In this document: piece after piece, positions 19,387-26,774 of the stretch
Layout of the letters: every line of letters begins with the position of its first letter
How positions within the stretch are numbered: position 1 is the stretch's first letter
Source: Bacteroidales bacterium
GTDB lineage: Bacteria; Bacteroidota; Bacteroidia; Bacteroidales; B18-G4
Reading direction: 5' to 3'
Assembly (NCBI GenBank): GCA_029942245.1
Contig: JAOZTN010000004.1
Span: forward strand, 1 to 56,497
Length of the DNA: 56,497 nucleotides
Notes under the pieces: generated by a model
Databases searched by the model: none
Told to the model about the DNA's origin: nothing
What the model saw: only the letters and a program-made list of their open reading frames with translations
Translations under genes and position numbers: made by a program

Positions 19387-20154
19387 TTATGCAGTTTGTA
19401 ATATTTTTGGCTTTTCCGACGGAGGATTTTTGAATCCGTTTTTAATGTTCTTTTCAATATGTCCGTCTTTTAGTCGGATGATCCTATCGGTTTTACGGGA
19501 AATATCGTTTTCGTGGGTTACAATAATCACAGTAATGCCAGCCTCATTGATCTCTTTAAATAGCTCCATTACCTCCATGGAAGTGGCAGAGTCGAGGGCC
19601 CCTGTGGGCTCATCGGCAAGGATCACCTTGGGCTTAGAGATCATTGCCCTGGCAATAGCAATACGTTGTTTTTGTCCTCCCGAAAGCTCACTCGGTAGGT
19701 GTTCGGCCCATTCTTCAAGCCCCATTTTTTCGAGGAATTCCATAGCCATCCTGTTCCGCTTTCTCCTTCCTACGCCCTGGTAATACAGAGGCAGGGCAAC
19801 GTTTTCTTTGGCATTTTTAAAGGAAACAAGGTTGAATGACTGAAAAACGAAGCCAATGGTTTTATTGCGTAGACGGGCGGCCCGTTTTTCATTGAGATCA
19901 CGCATCTTGGAAAGGCTGTAATTTCTGATCAGGTCGTCATCGAGAAATAACTCTCCTTCGTCATAAGTGTCGAGCAGGCCAATGATGTTCAGCAGGGTTG
20001 ACTTACCCGAACCGGACGATCCCATGATAGACACAAGCTCTCCTTTCTCTATAGTAAGGTCGATGCCATTGAGGACGTGAAGCTTATTTTGTCCAACCTC
20101 ATAGGATTTATGCAAGTTTTTGAGGGTTATCATAATTAATTGGTCTTTAAGCAT
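19387..20154 (-). CDS. ABC transporter ATP-binding protein (MacB/LolD-type)
   Basis: Walker A GSSGSGKST, signature LSGGQKQR and Walker B ILADEPT are present. The real start may be the internal ATG at 20133 (MITLKNL...). Confidence 0.9.
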   Translation of the reverse strand: MLKDQLIMITLKNLHKSYEVGQNKLHVLNGIDLTIEKGELVSIMGSSGSGKSTLLNIIGLLDTYDEGELFLDDDLIRNYSLSKMRDLNEKRAARLRNKTIGFVFQSFNLVSFKNAKENVALPLYYQGVGRRKRNRMAMEFLEKMGLEEWAEHLPSELSGGQKQRIAIARAMISKPKVILADEPTGALDSATSMEVMELFKEINEAGITVIIVTHENDISRKTDRIIRLKDGHIEKNIKNGFKNPPSEKPKILQTA

Positions 20155-20224
20155 AGAGTATTCACTAAAAGTGTGCCACTGTTATAAGGAGCAGAAAAAC
20201 AAATAGTTAGTTTGCTGTTAAATT

Positions 20225-20521
20225 CTATACTAAGGGTGAAATGTGTCCGTTTTGGACAAGTGCTGTACGCATACGAACAGCCTTATGTGTGTATTGTATG
20301 GAACGGCCATTTTGGTAATAGTATCGCCATGTTTTGCAGGGCACTCCATAGCAATAATGTCCTTTTGCATTCACTATGGTATTGTCGGCATCCCAGTATT
20401 CACTGTAAGCTAAATGTCTGGGGCATGTTTCACACTCGCGATCCTTCTTTTTAAAGATCTGTGCATTTGTATGACAATTACAGAAGGAAATAAGAAAAAC
20501 GATAAGGAAAAGCTGTTTCAT
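20225..20521 (-). CDS. small secreted Cys-rich protein, hypothetical (MORN/YwqK-like WRYYYQNGR motif)
   Basis: 98 aa with a clear signal peptide (LIVFLISFCNCHTNAQ). The mature part has 5 Cys and one G.W..YY.NG-type motif. Confidence 0.5.
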   Translation of the reverse strand: MKQLFLIVFLISFCNCHTNAQIFKKKDRECETCPRHLAYSEYWDADNTIVNAKGHYCYGVPCKTWRYYYQNGRSIQYTHKAVRMRTALVQNGHISPLV

Positions 20522-20535
20522 GGGAAGCTATAAAA

Positions 20536-20572
20536 GGGGCCGGACATATCAGGAATGCCGGCCCGCGTTTTT
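20536..20572 (-). terminator. hairpin downstream of the blaR1-tonB gene
   Basis: GGGCCGG - 14 nt - CCGGCCC. On the minus strand it is followed by CTTTTAT and on the plus strand by GCGTTTTT. Confidence 0.45.
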
Positions 20573-20581
20573 ATAATGCTG

Positions 20582-21931
20582 TTAATCCTTTTTTTCTTCT
20601 TTTTTGTCCCCGTTTAAGGAGAACTTAATAGGTAAATTATACTGAACCCTGACAGCTTTTCCGTTTTGTTTTCCTGGCGTCCATTTAGGCATCTCCTTTA
20701 TTACGCGTATAGCCTCATTATCAAGGTCTTCACGAACTCCGCGAAGCAGGGTAACATTAGATACTCTGCCGTCTATTTCAACAACATATGAGACGTAAAC
20801 AGTTCCACTGGTACCATCCTTTTTCGCCCCTGCAGGGTAGGTGATATTTTCTCCAAGATATTTATACAGAGCTTCCTTGCCCCCGGGAAATATAGGCATA
20901 TCTTCTACCACCGTAAAGATTGGCGGATCGTCTTGTTGCTCAGGATCCTCAACTATGTTTATTACTGTTACCTGCTTCGGTTGTGGCGGTGGCGGATCTA
21001 CATTCTGGTTAACAACCTCCACCTTTTTTGGTTGAGCTGGTACCTTTTCTTTCTCTTGTGCCAGCATATCCGGGCTAAAGGATATTACAAACATCATTGA
21101 TAATGCCAGCGGCAGGGCAAACAATAGTTTTGCCCGCGCTAAACGGGTTGTTCTCTTTTTGGTCATCATTTTGAACCTCCTTTTTAATAGTGATTTACTG
21201 AAATTATTAGTCAGATCGTTGATCTGTATCCCTGTACCCTGCTCAAAAAGCAGCGCACTGTAGACTTTTGCGTCTACCCCGCTATGTAATACCCCCTCAT
21301 CAGCCAGATACTCATGCAAAGTTTTGATCGCATGACGGTATAGCCAGACAAAAGGATTGAACCACTGTATAATTGTTACGAATTCAAGTAACATCAAGTC
21401 AAGGCTATGCCATTGTCTGATGTGGACCCTTTCATGGGCGATAATTTTTTGTGTTTCGGGGGAATTAATATCCCGGCGGTTTATAAAAACCAGGTTGAAA
21501 AATGAGAAAGGCGCGAAGTTCTTATCGGTAAATACGATTCGCATGCCTTCCTGCCTGCTAATACGGAATCGTCGTATCAGTACGGCGAGCTGAATGAGCT
21601 GATAAAGAAACCTGCTCCCAAAAATGACTATACCTGTGAGATAGATAGCCAGTCCGATTTCATATATGCTTGAGTTTGCCTCAATAGAGGTTTGTATTCC
21701 CTCAGGTGTAATCACTACAGGGTCCAGGATCACCATTAGAACCTGCTCCCTGGCGGGAAGCAAGGTGCTGAAATCAACGAAAGGAATAATGGACGATATC
21801 AGCAGAGAGGCAAGCAAATAATAACGATTTGTTTTAAAGAATGTGTCCCTTCTCAGAAAGACAGCATAAACTACAAATAGGAGTGCAATGCTAAGGGATG
21901 ATTGTATTAATATGGAAATTAAATTATTCAT
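20582..21931 (-). CDS. BlaR1-type M56 metallopeptidase sensor fused to a TonB C-terminal domain
   Basis: 449 aa with N-terminal TM helices and the M56 zinc motif IAHERVHIRQWHSLD. A Pro-rich linker (DPPPPQPKQ) leads into a TonB_C-like end (FPGGKEALYKYL...GTVYVSYVVEIDG...AVRVQYNLPIKF). Confidence 0.85.
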   Translation of the reverse strand: MNNLISILIQSSLSIALLFVVYAVFLRRDTFFKTNRYYLLASLLISSIIPFVDFSTLLPAREQVLMVILDPVVITPEGIQTSIEANSSIYEIGLAIYLTGIVIFGSRFLYQLIQLAVLIRRFRISRQEGMRIVFTDKNFAPFSFFNLVFINRRDINSPETQKIIAHERVHIRQWHSLDLMLLEFVTIIQWFNPFVWLYRHAIKTLHEYLADEGVLHSGVDAKVYSALLFEQGTGIQINDLTNNFSKSLLKRRFKMMTKKRTTRLARAKLLFALPLALSMMFVISFSPDMLAQEKEKVPAQPKKVEVVNQNVDPPPPQPKQVTVINIVEDPEQQDDPPIFTVVEDMPIFPGGKEALYKYLGENITYPAGAKKDGTSGTVYVSYVVEIDGRVSNVTLLRGVREDLDNEAIRVIKEMPKWTPGKQNGKAVRVQYNLPIKFSLNGDKKEEKKD

Positions 21932-22310
21932 CGTCTTCTATTTTCTTGCGTATGATTTCTTCTGCCATAGCCTGCTTTAGCTCTTCCAGCTCCCGAATAT
22001 TTAAATTATCATCGGTAGTAAAGAAGGAGACCATTTCACGATAAGAGTTCCCAAAATAGTTCTTCATGAAGTGTCCGAAATAGGTTTTGGTGTAATCCTT
22101 TTTGCTAACAAGGGGGAAATATTCATGGGCTTTGCCATAGGGCGTATAATCAACAAATCCTTTTTTCTCGAGAATACGAACAATGGTTGATACCGTATTG
22201 TATGCAGGCTTTGGATCGGGTAATTCATCAAGAATGTCATTAATAAATCCCTTTCTTAATTTCCACAATATCTGCATTAATTCCTCTTCGGCTTTTGTCA
22301 GTTCTTTCAT
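21924..22310 (-). CDS. BlaI/MecI/CopY family transcriptional repressor
   Basis: 128 aa with a winged-helix N-terminus (LTKAEEELMQILW...AYNTVSTIVRILEKKGFV). It has an 8-nt overlap with the downstream M56 gene. Confidence 0.9.
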   Translation of the reverse strand: MKELTKAEEELMQILWKLRKGFINDILDELPDPKPAYNTVSTIVRILEKKGFVDYTPYGKAHEYFPLVSKKDYTKTYFGHFMKNYFGNSYREMVSFFTTDDNLNIRELEELKQAMAEEIIRKKIEDDE

Positions 22311-22333
22311 CCTTACTTGTCGGTTGATTTGTA

Positions 22334-22349
22334 AACTAATATCTTAGTT
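22334..22349. promoter_or_regulatory. candidate BlaI operator 1 (AACTAA-N4-TTAGTT, perfect dyad)
   Basis: Read directly. It lies 24-39 nt upstream of the blaI-family ATG at 22310. Confidence 0.45.
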
Positions 22350-22401
22350 AGATAGGTTAAAAAAAATGTTCTCCTATTGTAAATCATTCCATATATCATG
22401 C

Positions 22402-22409
22402 CAAACGTA
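22402..22409 (-). promoter_or_regulatory. candidate -7 promoter box for the blaI-blaR1 operon (minus strand TACGTTTG)
   Basis: The plus strand reads CAAACGTA, so the minus strand matches TAnnTTTG. The box directly abuts operator 2. Confidence 0.4.
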
Positions 22410-22410
22410 C

Positions 22411-22426
22411 AACTAAAAAACTAGTA
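22411..22426. promoter_or_regulatory. candidate BlaI operator 2 (AACTAAaaaaCTAGTA, degenerate dyad)
   Basis: It shares TACAACTAAAAA with operator 3 as a direct repeat (22408-22419 and 22428-22439). Confidence 0.35.
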
Positions 22427-22430
22427 ATAC

Positions 22431-22446
22431 AACTAAAAAGATAGTT
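22431..22446. promoter_or_regulatory. candidate BlaI operator 3 (AACTAAaaagATAGTT, 5/6 dyad)
   Basis: Read directly. It sits where a -33 element of the minus-strand promoter would lie. Confidence 0.4.
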
Positions 22447-22641
22447 TAGATGAAATAAGGCACCTTTTTTAAAATTGAAATAATTTAGTTTTTGCTTGCT
22501 TAACTATGACCTTAGTTGATTTTAGGCAGTGCTGGCGATGTGTTATTTTTAATGGATTGAAAAATGAAAACTGCATCGATTGATTAATTTTATAAATTTA
22601 CATCTGGTCAAATAGAAATAGGTGGAATAAAATCGCGTTTA

Positions 22642-22649
22642 TATTTTTG
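22642..22649 (+). promoter_or_regulatory. candidate -7 promoter box (TATTTTTG)
   Basis: Matches TAnnTTTG and lies 21 nt upstream of the ATG at 22671. It overlaps the TTG start used by the ORF track. Confidence 0.45.
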
Positions 22650-22670
22650 ATAGAAATTTCAATCGCTCCC

Positions 22671-24182
22671 ATGAATATATATACCCGTAAAAAAAGGTGG
22701 AACTGGATTCTTTTCTCTGCAGCAGTATTTATCGTTGTAGGATCACTGTGGTATTCCAATGTATTGGTCAATAAAATTGCACGTTCCGAGCGGAATAATG
22801 TCAGGATATGGGCCAATGCTATTCAGCGAAAGGCTAACCTGGTAGCATATACGGATAATTTCTTTGGTGAAATAAGGGAACTTGAGCGTAACCGGGCTGA
22901 AATACTTGCATTGGCCTGGAAGAATATGAACAGTGAGGTTAATTCGGAAGTACTCGACATATATTATAAGATCATAACCGGCAATAAAAGTATTCCGGTG
23001 ATCATGACCAAGGATAATGACAGCATTATACATGCACGCCATGTGGACGACAGGGTTAACCAGGTAGACATTTTGGGAGGTAGTCTGAAGGAGGAATTCT
23101 CTGTTTATGATCCCATCAGGATAGAATATCTACCGGGTGAGTTTCAAACCCTATATTACAAGGAATCAAATATATATACTGATCTCAGGCAAATGCTGAA
23201 TGATCTTAATGATTCCTTTTTATCTGAGGTTGTGCAAAATGCCGTGGCTGTTCCGGTGATCATTACAGACAGCACAAAGCAGCGAATTATCGTTAGCGGA
23301 AATATTGAGGGTGGCAGCCCCGAAGACTCTACATTGCTGGCCAGGACCCTTGAACAGATGGCATCGGAGAACGCCCCCATAGAAATTACGCTTACCGGGA
23401 ACGAGAAGAGGTATATTTTTTATAAAAGCTCATCTTTACAGATCCAGCTGCGCATCTATCCCTATGTTCAATTCGGGGTTATCGGGGTATTTCTTTTGAT
23501 TGCCTATTTGCTGTTCAGCTCGTCCCGACGTTCTGAGCAGGACCGCGTATGGGTAGGTATGTCGAAGGAAACAGCGCACCAGCTTGGTACACCGCTCTCA
23601 TCTATGATAGCCTGGCTTGAGCTTCTGAAACTCAAGGGGATGGAGGATGATGCCCTTGATGAGATCAAGAAGGATATCGATCGCCTGGAAAATATTACAG
23701 ACCGCTTTTCAAAGATAGGTTCCCCGCCAAGTCTTGACCCGATTAACATTGTGGATGTGGTTTATAATTCTACGGAATACATTAAGAACAGGACTTCTAA
23801 GAAGATTGAATATGATATTAGTGTTCCCGGCGACAAACCCATCATTGTTCCTGTAAACGCACACTTGTTCAGCTGGGTGATAGAAAACCTGATCAAGAAT
23901 GCCATTGATGCCATGGCAGGCCAGGGGAAGGTAAGCATTTCACTCTATGAAGAAAAGGCAAATGTGATCATTGATGTCAGCGATACCGGAAAGGGCATTC
24001 CCAAGACTCACTTCAAAGCCATTTTTAATCCTGGATATACAAGTAAAAAACGCGGCTGGGGCCTCGGACTATCCCTGTCGAGGCGCATTATCAGGGAATA
24101 TCATAAGGGAAGGATTTATGTTAAACACTCATATCCCCACCGGGATACGACCTTTAGGATCGTTCTCAGGAAAAAAGCCTAG
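22671..24182 (+). CDS. sensor histidine kinase (two-TM, orphan)
   Basis: H-box ETAHQLGTPLSSM, N-box NLIKNAIDA, G-boxes DTGKGIP and GWGLGLSL. I prefer the ATG at 22671 (MNIYTRKKRW...) to the track TTG start at 22647. Confidence 0.85.
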   Translation: MNIYTRKKRWNWILFSAAVFIVVGSLWYSNVLVNKIARSERNNVRIWANAIQRKANLVAYTDNFFGEIRELERNRAEILALAWKNMNSEVNSEVLDIYYKIITGNKSIPVIMTKDNDSIIHARHVDDRVNQVDILGGSLKEEFSVYDPIRIEYLPGEFQTLYYKESNIYTDLRQMLNDLNDSFLSEVVQNAVAVPVIITDSTKQRIIVSGNIEGGSPEDSTLLARTLEQMASENAPIEITLTGNEKRYIFYKSSSLQIQLRIYPYVQFGVIGVFLLIAYLLFSSSRRSEQDRVWVGMSKETAHQLGTPLSSMIAWLELLKLKGMEDDALDEIKKDIDRLENITDRFSKIGSPPSLDPINIVDVVYNSTEYIKNRTSKKIEYDISVPGDKPIIVPVNAHLFSWVIENLIKNAIDAMAGQGKVSISLYEEKANVIIDVSDTGKGIPKTHFKAIFNPGYTSKKRGWGLGLSLSRRIIREYHKGRIYVKHSYPHRDTTFRIVLRKKA

Positions 24183-25741
24183 AAAGGAAAGTCTTCATCT
24201 GTATCGGGTTGCTCTAATGCTTCAATAATTGGTTTGTCTGCAGTAAGATGGGTTGGATTACCTTCTACGTAGATGGATTTGGGATCGGTAGGACAGGCGT
24301 ATTCACAGGCACCACATCCAACACAAATATCAGGATTGACCACCGGCAGGAAGAGTTTTCCCTTGTAGGGGCGCATGTTAACGGCTTTGGTCGGGCAATG
24401 CTCTGAGCATGCACCGCAATCAGTACCCTCTGTATGAACAATACAGTTTCTCTTGACAAATACGACCTTTCCGAGCTGCAGCACATGCTTTTCATCTATA
24501 TTCAGCGGACGCAAGGCTCCTGTAGGACAAACTTCTGTGCATATAACACAGTCAAAATTGCAATAATTGGCGTGATAATCAAGACGCGGTTGCATAAATC
24601 CTGCCAGGCCATATTCAAGCAGGGAGGGCTTGATCACGTGTGTAGGGCAGGCGCTTACACACAGGTGGCATGCCGTACATGAGCTTTGAAAATGTTCGTG
24701 GCCGGAAGAACCAGGTGGGGAAACAGGAAATTCCCTGATAATCTTTTTAGGGCCCCTGCCTCTTCCCTGTCCGTGCCAACCCTGGGCGGATAGTGTCAGC
24801 GGAGAAAGGGCTGCTATCGTGAGCACACCCCCTGCAATAAGATTACGCCTGAAAGGGTCAAATTCTTCAACGATCCCTTCCGTATTTTTCCTTTTGTGGC
24901 TGTATAATACACCACTTGAAGGGCAGGAAGTAAGGCAGTTAAAGCAGCCTACACAACGTGAGAAATCAACCTCCTTCTCTTCAACATCAATACAACCCGC
25001 CTTGCACACAGCGGAGCAGCTACCACAGGATGTGCACAAAGCCTTATCGAGGCTGATACGAAAAATGGAAAACCGAGAAACCAGTCCCAAAAGAGTGCCC
25101 ACGGGGCATAAAGTATTGCAAAACAATCGTCCGTACCGGATGGCAAGCCAGCCCACCAGGATAAAAACCGACAAAGAGAATGCAACCGACAACCAATGCG
25201 TAACACCCGGCTCAACCCTGTAGAGTGTATAAATGTCCATGGATTCAAGTCCATTGGTACCGAGATTGTTTAGTAAAAGGTAAACCGGCCTGAATAAATT
25301 GGCAGCAATTCGTCCGTAATTGCTATACGGATCAAGCAGGAGGAGCGGGCTAATCAGTCCAAATGCCAGGAAGCCGGCAGTAAGTGCTAACATGCCATAT
25401 TTTATCCATGGAAAATCTCGTTGCTTCTTAAATCGTTTTGTGCGGCCCAGCTTCCTTTTAAGCCAGATAACAATGTCCTGAAAAGTGCCCAGGGGGCATA
25501 TGCTTGAGCAATATACCCGGCCGAATAGAAAAGTAAACAACAGTATAAAGATAAATCCGGCAGTGGCCAGTGCGGCGATCTTCAGGAAATAGACCAACGA
25601 GGGCACAAATTGTAGATAAAGAATGCCCTGTATAAGCTTAGCGGAAAAGGTATTGGTAAAGTCGATAAAGAGGAAGGTCATCAGCAGAAAAAAGACCAGT
25701 GATATGACCACCCTGGCATGTTTCAAGACGCTGAACCCCAT
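24179..25741 (-). CDS. membrane-bound polyferredoxin (NapH/MauN-like N-terminal domain plus multiple 4Fe-4S domains)
   Basis: 520 aa with N-terminal TM helices carrying CSSICPLGT and CNTLCPVGT. These are followed by CTSCGSCSAVC, CVGCFNCLTSCP, another TM, then CTACHLCVSACP, CNFDCVICTEVCP, CGACSEHCP and CVGCGACEYACP. Confidence 0.85.
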   Translation of the reverse strand: MGFSVLKHARVVISLVFFLLMTFLFIDFTNTFSAKLIQGILYLQFVPSLVYFLKIAALATAGFIFILLFTFLFGRVYCSSICPLGTFQDIVIWLKRKLGRTKRFKKQRDFPWIKYGMLALTAGFLAFGLISPLLLLDPYSNYGRIAANLFRPVYLLLNNLGTNGLESMDIYTLYRVEPGVTHWLSVAFSLSVFILVGWLAIRYGRLFCNTLCPVGTLLGLVSRFSIFRISLDKALCTSCGSCSAVCKAGCIDVEEKEVDFSRCVGCFNCLTSCPSSGVLYSHKRKNTEGIVEEFDPFRRNLIAGGVLTIAALSPLTLSAQGWHGQGRGRGPKKIIREFPVSPPGSSGHEHFQSSCTACHLCVSACPTHVIKPSLLEYGLAGFMQPRLDYHANYCNFDCVICTEVCPTGALRPLNIDEKHVLQLGKVVFVKRNCIVHTEGTDCGACSEHCPTKAVNMRPYKGKLFLPVVNPDICVGCGACEYACPTDPKSIYVEGNPTHLTADKPIIEALEQPDTDEDFPF

Positions 25742-25742
25742 A

Positions 25743-26669
25743 TTATCCCATTTTAATCCTGTTGATATTCAGGGAAGAAAGGTCCATACTACCAATCCCC
25801 ATTTCATCTGCAATGGCGATATAGGGAATATCTTCCGGCTCAAGGCCAAAGATCTTGGTTGCAGCAGCATCTGCAGCTACAATATCAGCAGATATGATCA
25901 GAGAATCCAGCGTAATAACATCTTCAACTGAAACACCACGCGGACCATTACGCTTCATCACCCTGTAAGCATCAATGATGTTCAGATCGGGCTTTCTGAA
26001 GGTTGTATAATCGGCGATACACTGGTGAAGATCATTCTGATGCCACCAGCGCCTGTCCCACACCACGCCCATAAGGTTTTTCATGGCAATTGTGAGCTTA
26101 GCTGAGCTGTGGTTTTTCAACACAGGCACATTGATAAAAACATCTGAATCCAGGATAAGTGAGTGCACTTTCGTTTCAGTAAGGCTTTTACCCTCAGGCA
26201 CATCTACATCCCGATAATAACTTTCGCTGTTTCCGGGTACAATGCTTCCCCCTGCCTTTGTTACCTCCTCCTCAATGCCACTATTGGCATAGCATTTTTT
26301 CCATTCATCACAGGTGTTGTCGAATACGCTTACCGATTTAGCACCGGCTTCATAACAACGCTTAACAATTCTTCCGATGAGTTCCGGGTTGGTGTTTGCT
26401 GCCCTTTCCGGTACTGCATCCCAGCCGATATTTGGTTTAATCACGACGCTTTGCCCCGGTTTCACAAATTTTGACATCCCGCCAAGGGAATTAATACCTT
26501 CGTCGAACATGGCGGGCGGATCGGTCCCCTTTACTGCAACAAGATCATAATCACCATCCTGGGGGGCGGACGGATTGCCCATCAATCGTGAAAAACCTCC
26601 CAATGTAAGGCTGGAGCCCGCCAGTACCCCGGCACCGAGCCCCTTGAAAATGAAATCTCTTCTTTTCAT
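25743..26669 (-). CDS. DUF362 domain protein, TAT-exported
   Basis: I prefer the ATG at 26669 (MKRRDFIFKGLGAGVLAGSSLTLGG, twin-arginine). The track's 63-codon N-terminal extension runs across the divergent hemW promoter and start. The stop lies 1 nt from the polyferredoxin start. Confidence 0.8.
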   Translation of the reverse strand: MKRRDFIFKGLGAGVLAGSSLTLGGFSRLMGNPSAPQDGDYDLVAVKGTDPPAMFDEGINSLGGMSKFVKPGQSVVIKPNIGWDAVPERAANTNPELIGRIVKRCYEAGAKSVSVFDNTCDEWKKCYANSGIEEEVTKAGGSIVPGNSESYYRDVDVPEGKSLTETKVHSLILDSDVFINVPVLKNHSSAKLTIAMKNLMGVVWDRRWWHQNDLHQCIADYTTFRKPDLNIIDAYRVMKRNGPRGVSVEDVITLDSLIISADIVAADAAATKIFGLEPEDIPYIAIADEMGIGSMDLSSLNINRIKMG

Positions 26670-26751
26670 AAAGTAGGTTTTGGAAAACAGGATAAAAGTA
26701 CGGTAAAATCGCATTTCAGGCAAGTCCCGGCTTACAGTCTGCAGAATTCGG

Positions 26752-26759
26752 TATTTTTG
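26752..26759 (+). promoter_or_regulatory. candidate -7 promoter box (TATTTTTG) for hemW
   Basis: Matches TAnnTTTG and lies 15 nt upstream of the ATG at 26775. It contains the TTG that the ORF track used as a start. Confidence 0.45.
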
Positions 26760-26774
26760 ACGCAATATATTCTT

